Source: a virus. From it: DNA of 64,000 nucleotides. Numbering within the stretch: the stretch's first letter is position 1; each line of letters begins with the position of its first letter. The stretch is taken from the IMG/VR virus record IMGVR_UViG_3300027518_000005; one strand, given 5' to 3'. The notes under the pieces are model-generated. The model was not told the DNA's origin. It worked only from the letters and a program-made list of their open reading frames with translations, and did not search any database. Below, piece after piece: positions 53,701 to 64,000 of this stretch. The translations under genes were made by a program, and so were the position numbers.

Positions 53701-56700
53701 TTATGCTATTCTTACTCTGGTAGGATATCTAACTTGTAAGTTTGAAGTGGATATGTTATATTGAGCAAAATATCTATATACTTGTAATATACCTGAAGAT
53801 ACACCAAGATAACCATCAGCACTTAATAATGCCATACCTGTTGTTGATTGGTTTGTTGCACAGGTTACTTCAACAAATACCTTTTCTTGTTGTGCTGTTG
53901 TGCTACCTAATGATAATTCTATTTTAAGAATGTCACCTGAAGCACCTGTCGTTGGTGTATAACCTAGTGCAAATGTTGTAAATGTTGCTGTGTTAGATGT
54001 AACTGCTGTTGGAGTTGTAACATTTCGTCTTAATGTCCATGTATGTGAGTTAAAAGGTCTTGACCATATTCTACCTATGTTGAAACTTGTTTCAAGTTCA
54101 CCTAACAACCCTTCACCAAGTCTTGCTGAAGCAACTGTTCCAGTTAACTGTCCAGCTGGTAATGATGTTAATGAAGCACCTGAACCACTGAATGTTGTTG
54201 CAGTAACTGTACCAGCATCACTTATTGTCATTCTTGTAGTCGGAGTTGACCCTGACCTGAATAGCAAGTTTGTTCCAGATTCAATTTGCCAAGTCTGTGT
54301 ACCTGAACCAGTTACAATACCGTTTGCAAATGTTTTTTCCCCACCAATTGTTTGAGCAGCATTTGATAATACACCAGAAGCACCTGTTCCAGCTAATGGA
54401 ATAGCGGCACCTGTACCCGTAGAAGAGTTAACAGTTGGACCAGCTGTTGTACCAGCAGTCCAGGTTAAGTTAGTAGCAGGAACGTTTACTGTAAATGTTG
54501 AGTTGCCAGATTGGTTAGCCGTAAATGATGCAGAGCCTGTTGCTATACCTGATGTGGCTAGTGTTAATGTGCCATTATTAACTGTGGGTATTTCACTTGT
54601 TAAAGCAAGAGTACCCGTCGTTGAAGGTAAAGTAACCGTGATAGAACTAGAGGTTGAGCTGTTTGTTTGTAAAGTTGTTTGAGCAGTTGTTCCAGATACA
54701 CCCTTTATTCTTAAATACTTACCTATAGAACTATCCGAAGGTGCAATCACAACACCATCTAAACCATAAGCATAAATAGGTTCATTCGTTAAACCACCCA
54801 CTGCTTTTACAACTAAACCAATTGCAGCGTGGAAATCTTGGCTTGTTGCAGTGGCATTAATTTCAAGACCTTCTGCAGTTAATGGGGCACTCGGTAAAGC
54901 ACCTGCGTTTACTGTTGAGTTAATTGTTAAAGAAGTATTACTTGAACCTGTTGTACTGTTCGTGATTGTTTTTACACCTGCAAATGTTTGAGAACCAGTT
55001 GTTACAACACCTGATGCAGAACCACTTGCTGAAGGAATTGCTGCACCTGTACCAGTTGAAGAGTTAATCGTAGGTCCAGCTGTTGTTCCTGCTGTCCATG
55101 TTAAGTTAGTTACCCCAGCAGGTGTACCCCAAGTACCATCATTACGAAGATAAGTAGTTGTACCTGTTCCAATTGTTATACCACGTTTAATAAAACCACT
55201 ATCACTTGAATCTGTAATAACAATCGTATCGGTATCTCCGGGAGTAACCACAGCAGCGGTTATAGCACCTAAACTTGAAATTTGTCCGTGGGAGTGAGAA
55301 GATAGGGCAAAAGCAGAGGCATGATTACCATCAAGTAAGTCTGCGTCTAATGTAGAACCTGTTCCATCATTACCAGCATGCCATACTGTATTGCCTTGAA
55401 CTTTTAAATCTTGAGTATTTAATGTTCCAGATACAGTTGTATGTTCTCTGGAAAATCCTGTATAAGCAGTCGCAGAAGGATTTAATGTTACTGTATCATT
55501 TGTTAATGAAACAATTTCAGTTTGAATGACTAAACCAGCACTTCCTGAGTTATACTTTACATAAATATCAAAGTTTTCGTTATCGTCTGATTGAACTTTA
55601 ATTGTAACTTGTGTATATTGTCCAGATTGTGAATTAATAACTATGCTTTGACTATGGTTTACTAAAATATCAGCAATAACATTTACAACAACAGAGTTTG
55701 TTGTTCCTGTTAATGTCATTCTAATTGAAGAAGAAAGAACATTACCTTGTACTCTAGCTATTCTATAATAGGTATCTAAATTAGTTAAAGTTGTTGTTCC
55801 TCGATAAACTCTTAAAAAGTCAGTTGAATTTAAACCATCTAGTAAATCTGCATCAAGACCAGAACCTGTGCCGTCATTACCAGCGTGCCAGTATTGACTT
55901 CCACTATTATCAGCAGAGCCTTTCCATAAATCACCATCAGGTCCCATCCAAGCTACAATAGTTCCATCACCATTACCAAAAATAACACCAGTAGTTCCTT
56001 TATAAAAGTTTAAATATGTTCCAAAACTTGTAGCTGCATCTAAATGTAAGTTACCATTTGTAACACCAATAGACCCTGTATTCGCATCACCGTTATTAGC
56101 GTCTCCGCCTATAATAAGATATTTACCCCAACTTGGGTTTGCTGAAAACTTAAGTTTACCATTAACTTCCAACTTTTCACCAGGACTCGTTGTTCCAATA
56201 CCGACATTACCTGCAACTTTTAAAGAAGTTCCAGTGTTTGAAGGGTCTAATGAATAACTTGAGTTATTGTTGTCTACAAAAGATGTACCATAAATAGCAC
56301 CGTTAAAAGAACCTTCACCATTCACGTGTAATTTATAAGAAGGACTTGTATATCCAATTCCAACTTTTCCATCCGCATTAATAAACATTCTAGTTTTACT
56401 ACCAGTTCCATAAGAATCTGTGGTAGCAAAATACATATTTGTTCCATAGGTGCCATCTGTTCTTGTATATATACCTGCTTGAGCAGTAGCACCATCTGCA
56501 GCATCTCTAGCTCCAAAAGTAATAGCTGTACCAAAATTTGATGTAGCTGAAGCTTCACCTAAATGTAATGTTCCTCTTGCAGTTCCCGGACTAGTTTCAT
56601 TCCAAGCAGCAGAACCACCAGAAAGATATGTTTTACCTATAACATGAAGAGATTCAGATGGTAATGTTGTACCTATACCAACATTACCTGTGGCTGTCAC

Positions 56701-58839
56701 TGAAAGTCTATTTGTAGAGTTGGTATTTAAAATAATTCCTCTTGCACCATCAGTTGCTAAACTAACATTTGATGCAGTTGAATCAATATAAAAATTACCA
56801 CCATTGTTTAATAATGCTTTACCTACAACATGAAGTTTTTCACCTGGACTTGCTGTACCAACACCAACACGATTTGTTTCAGCATTAACTGCTAACATAG
56901 TACCGTGAGCACTATCCCAAACTTGCCAATATCCGCCAGTAAATCCATTACGTACAATATCAAAAGACCATTCTTGTCCGTTTCCACTTTGATTCAATGC
57001 AATATTTGCACTTGGATTCCATGTACCACCATCACTTCTCCACAAAGAAGATGAATGATAACCATCAACCATATCTGCGTTTAAGTTTGTAACAGCAGTT
57101 GTTGATGTAACTAATAAAGGTGAAGTACCTGTAGCAATGTTAGATATTAAACGTGTACCTGTTAAAGCAGCAGGAAATGCTACGTTTTTATTTTCATCAG
57201 TTGTATAAATATTTCTTCGACCGGCAGGATAACCACCCCATATTTGAAATTTGTCTAAAATAATAGGAAATGTTGAGTAAGCCCCACTTGCCCAAGTTGG
57301 TTGAAAATCAATATGAATAATATCATAGTGTCCAGATGATGTTCCACCCGTTAAAAAAGGTATTGTACTAAATGGTAAATACAAATGACCAGGCCAAGCA
57401 CCAACTGTCGAACTACTATTAGTCCATTGAACAAATACTAAATCACTTCTCCTACGTGCTCTTATTCTTACTGCAGTACTATGTGATTGGCTTGACCAAT
57501 ACATATATAAAGCATTAAGAAATACATAAGGACCAGCATTTGTAACTTCAATTCTAAAATAAGGTGTAAGGTTAGGTATAGTTATTCCAGCATTACCGTC
57601 CCCACCTAAAAATATTCTTTTTTGTGTATCAGTAGGTGTGGTGTATTCAGTAAAAGTAACGTTATCTGTAGAGGTATAAAACTTTAAATTTGCAATAGGA
57701 TAAAAAGCAGTTTTATTATCAAACTGTTCATCGAATAAAGCCATTTCTGTTATAGTCGGAGAGCCTAAATTACTTGTAGGGACACCCGTAGAATTTTGAA
57801 AATATCTATTAGCACTTAAATTATTAGTAACATTTAAAGTACCAGACACGGTTAAGTTACCAGACTTTGTTTGTGCTGTACCTGATGTATCTAAATAGTA
57901 TGAACCGTGTTGACCATCTAGTAAATCGGCATCAAGACCTGATGAAGCTCCATCATTTGCTTCGTTCCAAATTTTACGCCATGCAGTCCAAGCCCCTGTG
58001 TTAACTTTAGTTCTAAAATAAGAAGTGCTTCCTGCTGTTCCAAAAGCTAATTGTGTTATCCAGTTATCTGTTCCATTATGAGCAGTTCCTGAGTTTACAA
58101 TATTAATACCTTGACCGTAGTCTTCAGGTCTCCCTGTTGTTGTATTAGCAAAACCAAACTGTCCTGTTGAATATAAAGTATCAAGATTACTTGAAATTGC
58201 AGAGTTATAATAACCTATTGTATGAGTATGTGATGCAGCAGCAAATGCAGTAGCATGGTTACCGTCAAGTAAATCTGCGTCAAGACCAGAACCACTACCG
58301 TCATTACCTGCATCCCAAATAGTGTTACTATTGTGTTTTAATTGACTAGAAGCATTTGTTGTAAAAGCAATACCATCAGAAGCATCATTCTGAGATGATA
58401 TTTCTAATACAGAGCCTGTATGACCACCTGTATTGGTTGTATGTTTAATAAAAGCAGCATCAGAAAAGTCTGTAGTTCCTTCTTTATCAAAGCCTGTAAA
58501 TTCAATAGTTCTTGCTTGGTCTGTTGTTGTAGCTGTACCTGTTAATCTAATATTACCACGAACATCTAAACGACCATTTACATCTAATTCCGTTCCAGCA
58601 GTGATAGTGTCTGTTCCAACACCTACAGCACCACCACCATTAACTAAAATAAGGTTATTGCTATTATCTGCGTTTAAAGATAAAACACCACCATTAGAAT
58701 TAATGACTAAAGAAGCATCACCGTTAGCGTTGATTCTATTTTTGAATGCACCAACACCAACGTCTATATTACCAAGACGTGTGTCCCCACTAATGGTTAA
58801 GCTTTCATTTATAATAAGGTTTTTTACATCTAATGCCAT
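53701..58839 (-). CDS. Long tail fibre protein (1712 aa)
   Basis: Four W..xNDG..S.LDADLLDG repeats, five G.VG[IV]G repeats, HTH/HSH motifs, and a knob-like YFRT....W..W segment. Confidence 0.85.
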   Translation of the reverse strand: MALDVKNLIINESLTISGDTRLGNIDVGVGAFKNRINANGDASLVINSNGGVLSLNADNSNNLILVNGGGAVGVGTDTITAGTELDVNGRLDVRGNIRLTGTATTTDQARTIEFTGFDKEGTTDFSDAAFIKHTTNTGGHTGSVLEISSQNDASDGIAFTTNASSQLKHNSNTIWDAGNDGSGSGLDADLLDGNHATAFAAASHTHTIGYYNSAISSNLDTLYSTGQFGFANTTTGRPEDYGQGINIVNSGTAHNGTDNWITQLAFGTAGSTSYFRTKVNTGAWTAWRKIWNEANDGASSGLDADLLDGQHGSYYLDTSGTAQTKSGNLTVSGTLNVTNNLSANRYFQNSTGVPTSNLGSPTITEMALFDEQFDNKTAFYPIANLKFYTSTDNVTFTEYTTPTDTQKRIFLGGDGNAGITIPNLTPYFRIEVTNAGPYVFLNALYMYWSSQSHSTAVRIRARRRSDLVFVQWTNSSSTVGAWPGHLYLPFSTIPFLTGGTSSGHYDIIHIDFQPTWASGAYSTFPIILDKFQIWGGYPAGRRNIYTTDENKNVAFPAALTGTRLISNIATGTSPLLVTSTTAVTNLNADMVDGYHSSSLWRSDGGTWNPSANIALNQSGNGQEWSFDIVRNGFTGGYWQVWDSAHGTMLAVNAETNRVGVGTASPGEKLHVVGKALLNNGGNFYIDSTASNVSLATDGARGIILNTNSTNRLSVTATGNVGIGTTLPSESLHVIGKTYLSGGSAAWNETSPGTARGTLHLGEASATSNFGTAITFGARDAADGATAQAGIYTRTDGTYGTNMYFATTDSYGTGSKTRMFINADGKVGIGYTSPSYKLHVNGEGSFNGAIYGTSFVDNNNSSYSLDPSNTGTSLKVAGNVGIGTTSPGEKLEVNGKLKFSANPSWGKYLIIGGDANNGDANTGSIGVTNGNLHLDAATSFGTYLNFYKGTTGVIFGNGDGTIVAWMGPDGDLWKGSADNSGSQYWHAGNDGTGSGLDADLLDGLNSTDFLRVYRGTTTLTNLDTYYRIARVQGNVLSSSIRMTLTGTTNSVVVNVIADILVNHSQSIVINSQSGQYTQVTIKVQSDDNENFDIYVKYNSGSAGLVIQTEIVSLTNDTVTLNPSATAYTGFSREHTTVSGTLNTQDLKVQGNTVWHAGNDGTGSTLDADLLDGNHASAFALSSHSHGQISSLGAITAAVVTPGDTDTIVITDSSDSGFIKRGITIGTGTTTYLRNDGTWGTPAGVTNLTWTAGTTAGPTINSSTGTGAAIPSASGSASGVVTTGSQTFAGVKTITNSTTGSSNTSLTINSTVNAGALPSAPLTAEGLEINATATSQDFHAAIGLVVKAVGGLTNEPIYAYGLDGVVIAPSDSSIGKYLRIKGVSGTTAQTTLQTNSSTSSSITVTLPSTTGTLALTSEIPTVNNGTLTLATSGIATGSASFTANQSGNSTFTVNVPATNLTWTAGTTAGPTVNSSTGTGAAIPLAGTGASGVLSNAAQTIGGEKTFANGIVTGSGTQTWQIESGTNLLFRSGSTPTTRMTISDAGTVTATTFSGSGASLTSLPAGQLTGTVASARLGEGLLGELETSFNIGRIWSRPFNSHTWTLRRNVTTPTAVTSNTATFTTFALGYTPTTGASGDILKIELSLGSTTAQQEKVFVEVTCATNQSTTGMALLSADGYLGVSSGILQVYRYFAQYNISTSNLQVRYPTRVRIA

Positions 58840-58849
58840 ATATTACTCC

Positions 58850-61800
58850 CTATATTGTTCTACGGAATTTGAAAGTCATTGTATGACTTGATATTGTTGT
58901 ACTTCCAGATACTTGCAACTTCAAGGTTGAAGGTGCACTTGATGTTCTAACAACACGAGCAAATATTCTACCTGCACTTGCTGCTGGTCCTGCTCTATGT
59001 AAGACTATTTCATCAGCCGTGGTTGAAGTGGTTGTTCCACTGAACCAAGACATTTCTCCTGTATAGTATTCTCCGTTAGATATGATTTGGACAATATAGG
59101 AACCTGTCGCTAGATAAGTTCCAGACACTCCTGTGACATCTGTCCAAGCTGTCGTGAGTGCCGAGGTGAACGTGGTTGTTTTTAACTGGTCGACGTTCGT
59201 ACCAGAAGTCATAGTAAGACCTGTATGTTTAACATCTCCTACTACATCTAATTTAGCGGAAGGTGCAGAGGCTCCTACGCCAATTCCTATATTTCCAGCA
59301 CCAGCATCTGCAACAATTTGACCGTTTCCATAATACATGAAGGTATTAGCTGGATTGTAAACAGCTAAGGCAGCATCCCCACCATTTTCATATAAACCCA
59401 TTTCAGTTGAACCGAATAGGTTAGCATTACCTATGTATAATCTATTTCCACCAGAACCGACAGGTTGGAAAAAAGCAGTATTTGTGATTAAAGACTCACC
59501 GTTTACATGGAATGTTGTTTCTGGGGATGTTGTTCCAATACCAACGTTTCCTCCAGCAGTAATTCTCATTCTTTCAGAAGAGACTGTATCATCATCTTGG
59601 TCAATAGGAGCAGTACCAAATGTTAAGTATCCACCCTTATCTCCTGTAGAGTGGTCTTCAGCTGCAAAGGCAGCAATATAAGCTGAGGCTTCTAATACGG
59701 AAGATGGGACGTTACCATCTGTAGAGTCAAATCCAATACCACCTAATATTTCATTAGTAGTCGTAGTTGTATCTGCTCTGCTAACCATGATACCATCATT
59801 AGAGTCAGCACCTGTGATTCTTATGTCTAGTTTATTAAGTGGGGTATCTGTTCCAATACCAACACTTCCATCGTTATAAAGTGTACCACCTATTCCACGG
59901 AAGGTATATTTAGAAGTAGAGGCACCACTAACACTTGCTGAAATAGCTACAACTGTTGCACCTGAAACACCTATAGCATTAGCAGTTAAAGCATATGCTG
60001 AATTACCAGAATTTAATGCTTGAGCCTGTGCATCAACACCATAGTTTGCAATTGCACCTGAAGAATTAAATCTACCAGCATATGCATAACTAGTACTTCC
60101 AACACCTGAAGTAGGATTAATACTTGAATCAATACCGTATATGTATGCATCTACTGCTGAGGTAGTTGCTTGATAATTTAATCTTAATAATGCCCCTCCA
60201 ACATCATTTGGTAATGTAGAAACGGAACTAATTTTAACTAAAGCACCTTCTTCTAAATCTGTATCTTCAATAACTAATTTATCACCATCTAATGTTTCAC
60301 TTAAAAGATATAGTTTATCTGAAGAAAAAGTCCAAGCACCATAATTTTTATTCCATTCAATTCTATGGTCATTATCACCTTTTAAAGTAATACCACCACC
60401 GTCTGCCGTAAAGTCTGTTGCACCAGAAGCAGTAAAGGTAATAGAACCTGCTGTGGCATGATTAATCGTAGCAGTTAAGGTTGTAAGACCTGTAATTGTT
60501 GCAATACGTGCATTAGTACCAAAAACACCTGTTCCTGAGGTTTTAGTTAATGCTTGACCGGGAATCATTCCTTCTGTTGTTCCTGTAGTTAAAGTGATGT
60601 TTGCTGTGCCTGTAGATAGGGTTGCCACTAAGCCAGTCTTAGGAGTAATAACACCTAATTCAATATTTTTATCTGTAACAGTTAAATTAGTAGTATTAAC
60701 TGTAATGGTAGACCCGGTATTAACAATATTACCGTTAACAGTTAAATTACCATTTACTTCAAAGGTATCTGTAGATTCTACAAACTTTAAATTACCGCTA
60801 GCATAAATATACTCATTTGGAGATTGTTTAAATGCAGCAATAGTTTGGTCACCAGAGTTATGATATAACCCACCAGCACCATCTACACTATTAACACTAT
60901 TTTCTAAATAAATAGAATCATTTCCAGAACTTATTAAACCTACTCTTAATCTATCTTTAATGTAAGCATCACCCTCAACAGATAATTTTTCAGATGGGGT
61001 AGTTGTGCCTATCCCAACATTACCAGCACCATCAATAACTAATCTTCTTGTAGCATTTGTTGATAATGACAATTTGTTATTGCCATAGACAAATAAACCA
61101 ACATCGGAAGAAGTAGCACCACCAAACATACTTGCTTCACTACCTAACAAAGCGATGTTTGTAGTTGTGTTTTTAATTTGTAGAAAAGTATCACCACCAC
61201 TAACAGCACCACTTAATATGGTTGCACCATTGATGTGTAATTTAGCACCAGGAGTTGTCGTTCCGATTCCAACTTTTCCAGTGTCTAAAACTAAAACATC
61301 ATCGTATGCGACACCATTATTTACTTGACTAAAGTTCCAACGAACATTTCCTGAAGTAATCGTTTGTTTTAAATCTAAATAAAAACTTGACGGAGAACCT
61401 CTTGACCATCTTTGATTTATTGGGTTGGTTGTTGAAACTTCTAAAGTAGCATTAGGAGCACTCGTCCCAATCCCAACATTACCATTACCTAAGATTCTCA
61501 TTCTTTCAGTTACGACTGATGATGAGTTTGTTGTGTCAAATCGTATAAAAGAAGCACCACCAAGTCCTTCTCTACCACCACCAATTCGAGAACCAAGATT
61601 GTCAGTCGTTGCTGATGGGAAATCAAGATAAGTTCCACTTGTATTTGTTGTAGTTCCATTACCAACTTTAATTGCTCGTTGATATTGAGTTGCGTCAGGT
61701 GTTCCAACTTGCAAAGGTGCTAATGGACTTGCCGTTCCGATACCAACATTACCAGCACTTGTAATACGCATGGCTTCGCTACCACCAGGAAAGAAACGCA

Positions 61801-64000
61801 ACGCAGTATAACCACTTGAACCATCACCCAAGGCAATGGTATCATCAGCATTTACGCTTAATAGATTTTTTTGTGTTCCGTTTGCTAATTTGGATTTTAA
61901 TCCGTTAGTATTTTGAATTTGTATATTTCCATTTACTTCTAATTTTTCAGCAGGACTTGTCGTTCCAATACCTACATTACCATTACCTTCGATACGCATT
62001 CTTTCAACTGGGGTTGAAGCACCATTTGCTTTTGCTAAGAATCGCATATTTGCAGGAACTGTGCCGTCACCATTAGCAACAATGTCTAATGTTTTAGTAA
62101 ATGGAGAACCAGCGTCACTTTGGTAAGATACAATAAAACCACCAGGATTTGCAGTATAAGTTTTTAACGCTGTATTACCAGATTCAAATATTCTAAATTG
62201 ACCACCAGCAACTTCTAATTTTGTTGCAGGACTACTCGTTCCAATCCCAACATTACCTGCTTGTGTAATTCTCATTCTTTCGGTAGCACCTGAAACAATA
62301 TTACTTGTAAATGTTAAATCGTTTGTAAATCCAATTTCGGTTTTTGCAGTGCCATCACGATAGCGTCTAAACCAACCTTGTGGTGTATCACTTTCTTGTA
62401 AAACAAAACTCATTGTTGTATTAGCACCTGGAGTTCCTGCGTTAGAAACTATGATAGCATTATCACTTGTTTGGTCTTTTCTAACTTGCAAAGTTCCTAA
62501 TGGACTACTCGTTCCGATTCCAACATTACCATCATATCGAATAATCATTCTTTCAGTAAGTGGTTCATTATTACCAGTTGTGTTTCTAATTAAGAACAAT
62601 AAAGAACCTTGGTCTTGACCAACACCACTTGGACTTCCAGCAAAACCTAACGAACCTTTAATTTGAGCCATTGGTAAGAAATTTGGATTGGCGTTAAAGT
62701 TTATTGAACCACTTGCACCACCAACGTTTCCACCATTTTGAACACGAATGTCGCCACCAGCAACATCGAGCCGATAGGCAGGAGTAGTCGTTCCAATCCC
62801 AACATTACCATTTAATATTGCAGAATTTCCACTAGCATTACCAAAAGGGTCTACAAAATAGTCTCCGTTGCTAGCATCTTGAAAAAAGTGTCCTGCTACT
62901 CCACCGTCGAAAAAAGCATTACCTGAAACATTTAATCTATATGTTGGTGAAAAAGATGTACCTATACCAACTCGACCCCATAAACTTGTATTATGTGGAC
63001 CATATGTTCCATCTGCTCTTCCAATTTCAAATCCAGATGCACTAGAAAATCTAATATGTCCTATTGTATCAGCTGAATCATGAAAGCCTATACTTGAATG
63101 AGTTGAACCGTTTAAAAAGAGATTGTGGTTAGAACCATTGTTACCAGTGTAATCTGTTCCAGTAGAACCTAAAGTAAGTAAACCAGTTTTTGTTTGACCA
63201 GTAACAGAGGTATTTAAAAAGTAATCACTGTTTAAACCATCAAGTAAGTCTGCATCCAATCCTGAGCCTGAACCATCGTTTTGAGCGTTCCAAACTTTAT
63301 TATTATTTATAAATAAGTCATTTTCAGCAACCATGTCAGTAACTGTTATACTACTATTTATTTCTGAATTAATAACAGTAGAAGTTTGTGTATTAAAATA
63401 ATCTAAACCAAAAATAGCGAAGTTAGACTCACCATGGAATGTAACTTCTGATAATTCTGCAGCACTAAAAAAGAATTCAATACCACCATACCAAACACCG
63501 TTGTATTGGAATTTAATATATTGAACGTTATCACCAAAACTATCACCAGATTGAACTAAAGAAGTATAGTTTGCACCAACAACGTTATAACGTTTTTCCA
63601 TTGCAATTTGCATTAAAGCAGGTGCTTCTAAACCATTCGTTCTATGGAATGTAATCATTCCGATAGAATAACTATTAGCACTTGGGTTTGTATTAGTTAA
63701 TTCACATAAAGCAATTACAGATTTTCTATAAGATGCTGTTTGAACTTGTCCTGTTAAGTTAACACGTTTTGATAAACCTGCAGCATGGAAACCATCTACA
63801 GTATCAGCATTTAAGTTAGTGACTGCTGTAGTTGAGGTAATAGAAAAAGGAGCAGTACCTGTAGCAACTGGTATTTCTAATTGACCAGAAGTATTAAAGG
63901 TTGCCCTTCGTGTTGCGTTTTGAACGATTTGTAAGTTACCAGCACCGTTGGTTGTTAAATCATTTGGAGACTCATAGATTTTCCAAAGGTTACCACCAGC
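58850..64000 (-). CDS. Giant tail fibre protein, 5'-truncated by the window edge
   Basis: The frame stays open from the track's ATG (63658) to 64000, and the extension contains the TNLNADTVDG fibre motif. About 12 G[NRKS][VI]GIG repeats. Confidence 0.85.
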   Translation of the reverse strand, partial: AGGNLWKIYESPNDLTTNGAGNLQIVQNATRRATFNTSGQLEIPVATGTAPFSITSTTAVTNLNADTVDGFHAAGLSKRVNLTGQVQTASYRKSVIALCELTNTNPSANSYSIGMITFHRTNGLEAPALMQIAMEKRYNVVGANYTSLVQSGDSFGDNVQYIKFQYNGVWYGGIEFFFSAAELSEVTFHGESNFAIFGLDYFNTQTSTVINSEINSSITVTDMVAENDLFINNNKVWNAQNDGSGSGLDADLLDGLNSDYFLNTSVTGQTKTGLLTLGSTGTDYTGNNGSNHNLFLNGSTHSSIGFHDSADTIGHIRFSSASGFEIGRADGTYGPHNTSLWGRVGIGTSFSPTYRLNVSGNAFFDGGVAGHFFQDASNGDYFVDPFGNASGNSAILNGNVGIGTTTPAYRLDVAGGDIRVQNGGNVGGASGSINFNANPNFLPMAQIKGSLGFAGSPSGVGQDQGSLLFLIRNTTGNNEPLTERMIIRYDGNVGIGTSSPLGTLQVRKDQTSDNAIIVSNAGTPGANTTMSFVLQESDTPQGWFRRYRDGTAKTEIGFTNDLTFTSNIVSGATERMRITQAGNVGIGTSSPATKLEVAGGQFRIFESGNTALKTYTANPGGFIVSYQSDAGSPFTKTLDIVANGDGTVPANMRFLAKANGASTPVERMRIEGNGNVGIGTTSPAEKLEVNGNIQIQNTNGLKSKLANGTQKNLLSVNADDTIALGDGSSGYTALRFFPGGSEAMRITSAGNVGIGTASPLAPLQVGTPDATQYQRAIKVGNGTTTNTSGTYLDFPSATTDNLGSRIGGGREGLGGASFIRFDTTNSSSVVTERMRILGNGNVGIGTSAPNATLEVSTTNPINQRWSRGSPSSFYLDLKQTITSGNVRWNFSQVNNGVAYDDVLVLDTGKVGIGTTTPGAKLHINGATILSGAVSGGDTFLQIKNTTTNIALLGSEASMFGGATSSDVGLFVYGNNKLSLSTNATRRLVIDGAGNVGIGTTTPSEKLSVEGDAYIKDRLRVGLISSGNDSIYLENSVNSVDGAGGLYHNSGDQTIAAFKQSPNEYIYASGNLKFVESTDTFEVNGNLTVNGNIVNTGSTITVNTTNLTVTDKNIELGVITPKTGLVATLSTGTANITLTTGTTEGMIPGQALTKTSGTGVFGTNARIATITGLTTLTATINHATAGSITFTASGATDFTADGGGITLKGDNDHRIEWNKNYGAWTFSSDKLYLLSETLDGDKLVIEDTDLEEGALVKISSVSTLPNDVGGALLRLNYQATTSAVDAYIYGIDSSINPTSGVGSTSYAYAGRFNSSGAIANYGVDAQAQALNSGNSAYALTANAIGVSGATVVAISASVSGASTSKYTFRGIGGTLYNDGSVGIGTDTPLNKLDIRITGADSNDGIMVSRADTTTTTNEILGGIGFDSTDGNVPSSVLEASAYIAAFAAEDHSTGDKGGYLTFGTAPIDQDDDTVSSERMRITAGGNVGIGTTSPETTFHVNGESLITNTAFFQPVGSGGNRLYIGNANLFGSTEMGLYENGGDAALAVYNPANTFMYYGNGQIVADAGAGNIGIGVGASAPSAKLDVVGDVKHTGLTMTSGTNVDQLKTTTFTSALTTAWTDVTGVSGTYLATGSYIVQIISNGEYYTGEMSWFSGTTTSTTADEIVLHRAGPAASAGRIFARVVRTSSAPSTLKLQVSGSTTISSHTMTFKFRRTI

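Noticed and set aside
59249..61246. GCTAAATTA copies at 59249-59257 and 61238-61246
   Set aside because: Both are deep inside the fibre gene, where they encode Ala-Lys-Leu of the repeat motif, with no nearby SD/start. Treated as coding coincidences.
1300..61707. The many short plus-strand and alternate-frame ORFs in the track (for example 12129..12515, 16074..16574, 28326..28823, 46280..46468, 58433..58891)
   Set aside because: They lie antisense to or inside well-supported genes, lack SD sites, and show the S/F/L-rich composition of shadow frames.
1..64000. Alternative genetic code (TAG or TGA recoding, as in some large phages)
   Set aside because: Genes are long and tightly packed under code 11. 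TAG ends several genes right before the next start (for example 9801, 11804, 44250, 58850), and TGA ends the chaperone gene.
53701..64000. Diversity-generating retroelement or invertible fibre cassette
   Set aside because: No reverse transcriptase, invertase or adenine-specific TR/VR pair was seen. The repeats differ mostly at synonymous positions.
63658..64000. ATG 63658 as the true start of the last fibre gene
   Set aside because: The frame is open to the window edge with fibre motifs and the ATG has no SD, so the gene starts outside the window.
1..64000. tRNA, rRNA or endolysin genes
   Set aside because: Intergenic gaps are short and AT-rich with no cloverleaf signature seen, and no amidase or muramidase motif was recognised near the holin-like genes. 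tRNAscan and HMM searches would confirm.

Overview
The window is a 64 kb, AT-rich piece of a large tailed dsDNA phage genome with a T4-like contractile-tail design. It covers almost the whole virion morphogenesis region, and every convincing gene except one lies on the minus strand. In transcription order (right to left) it encodes two giant tail fibres, holin-like genes, large terminase, portal, a fused prohead protease/scaffold, major capsid protein, neck proteins, tail terminator, sheath, tube, a chaperone pair with a probable frameshift, tape measure and baseplate. The genetic code is standard. The main candidate for an undescribed system is a set of head-region genes built as polyproteins of shuffled modules. 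Module boundaries fall at T4 gp21-type [LIV]-x-E| prohead-protease motifs, and many modules start with a shared acidic tag (VDLEP-like). The modules include an ArfA-like ribosome-rescue peptide, a nucleotidyltransferase, a possible SAM-lyase-like domain, a NusG-like KOW domain, BspA LRRs and several duplicated unknown domains. This suggests a protease-released cargo that is packaged in the capsid. Other notable items are a glycosyltransferase/Stealth cassette interleaved with head genes, a recurrent GCTAAATTA late-promoter-like motif (at least 17 well-placed copies), and a second GTTGTATAATA motif. Two divergent copies of that second motif flank a (TA)12 tract, forming an origin-like locus. 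All calls come from reading motifs by eye; no database search was run.
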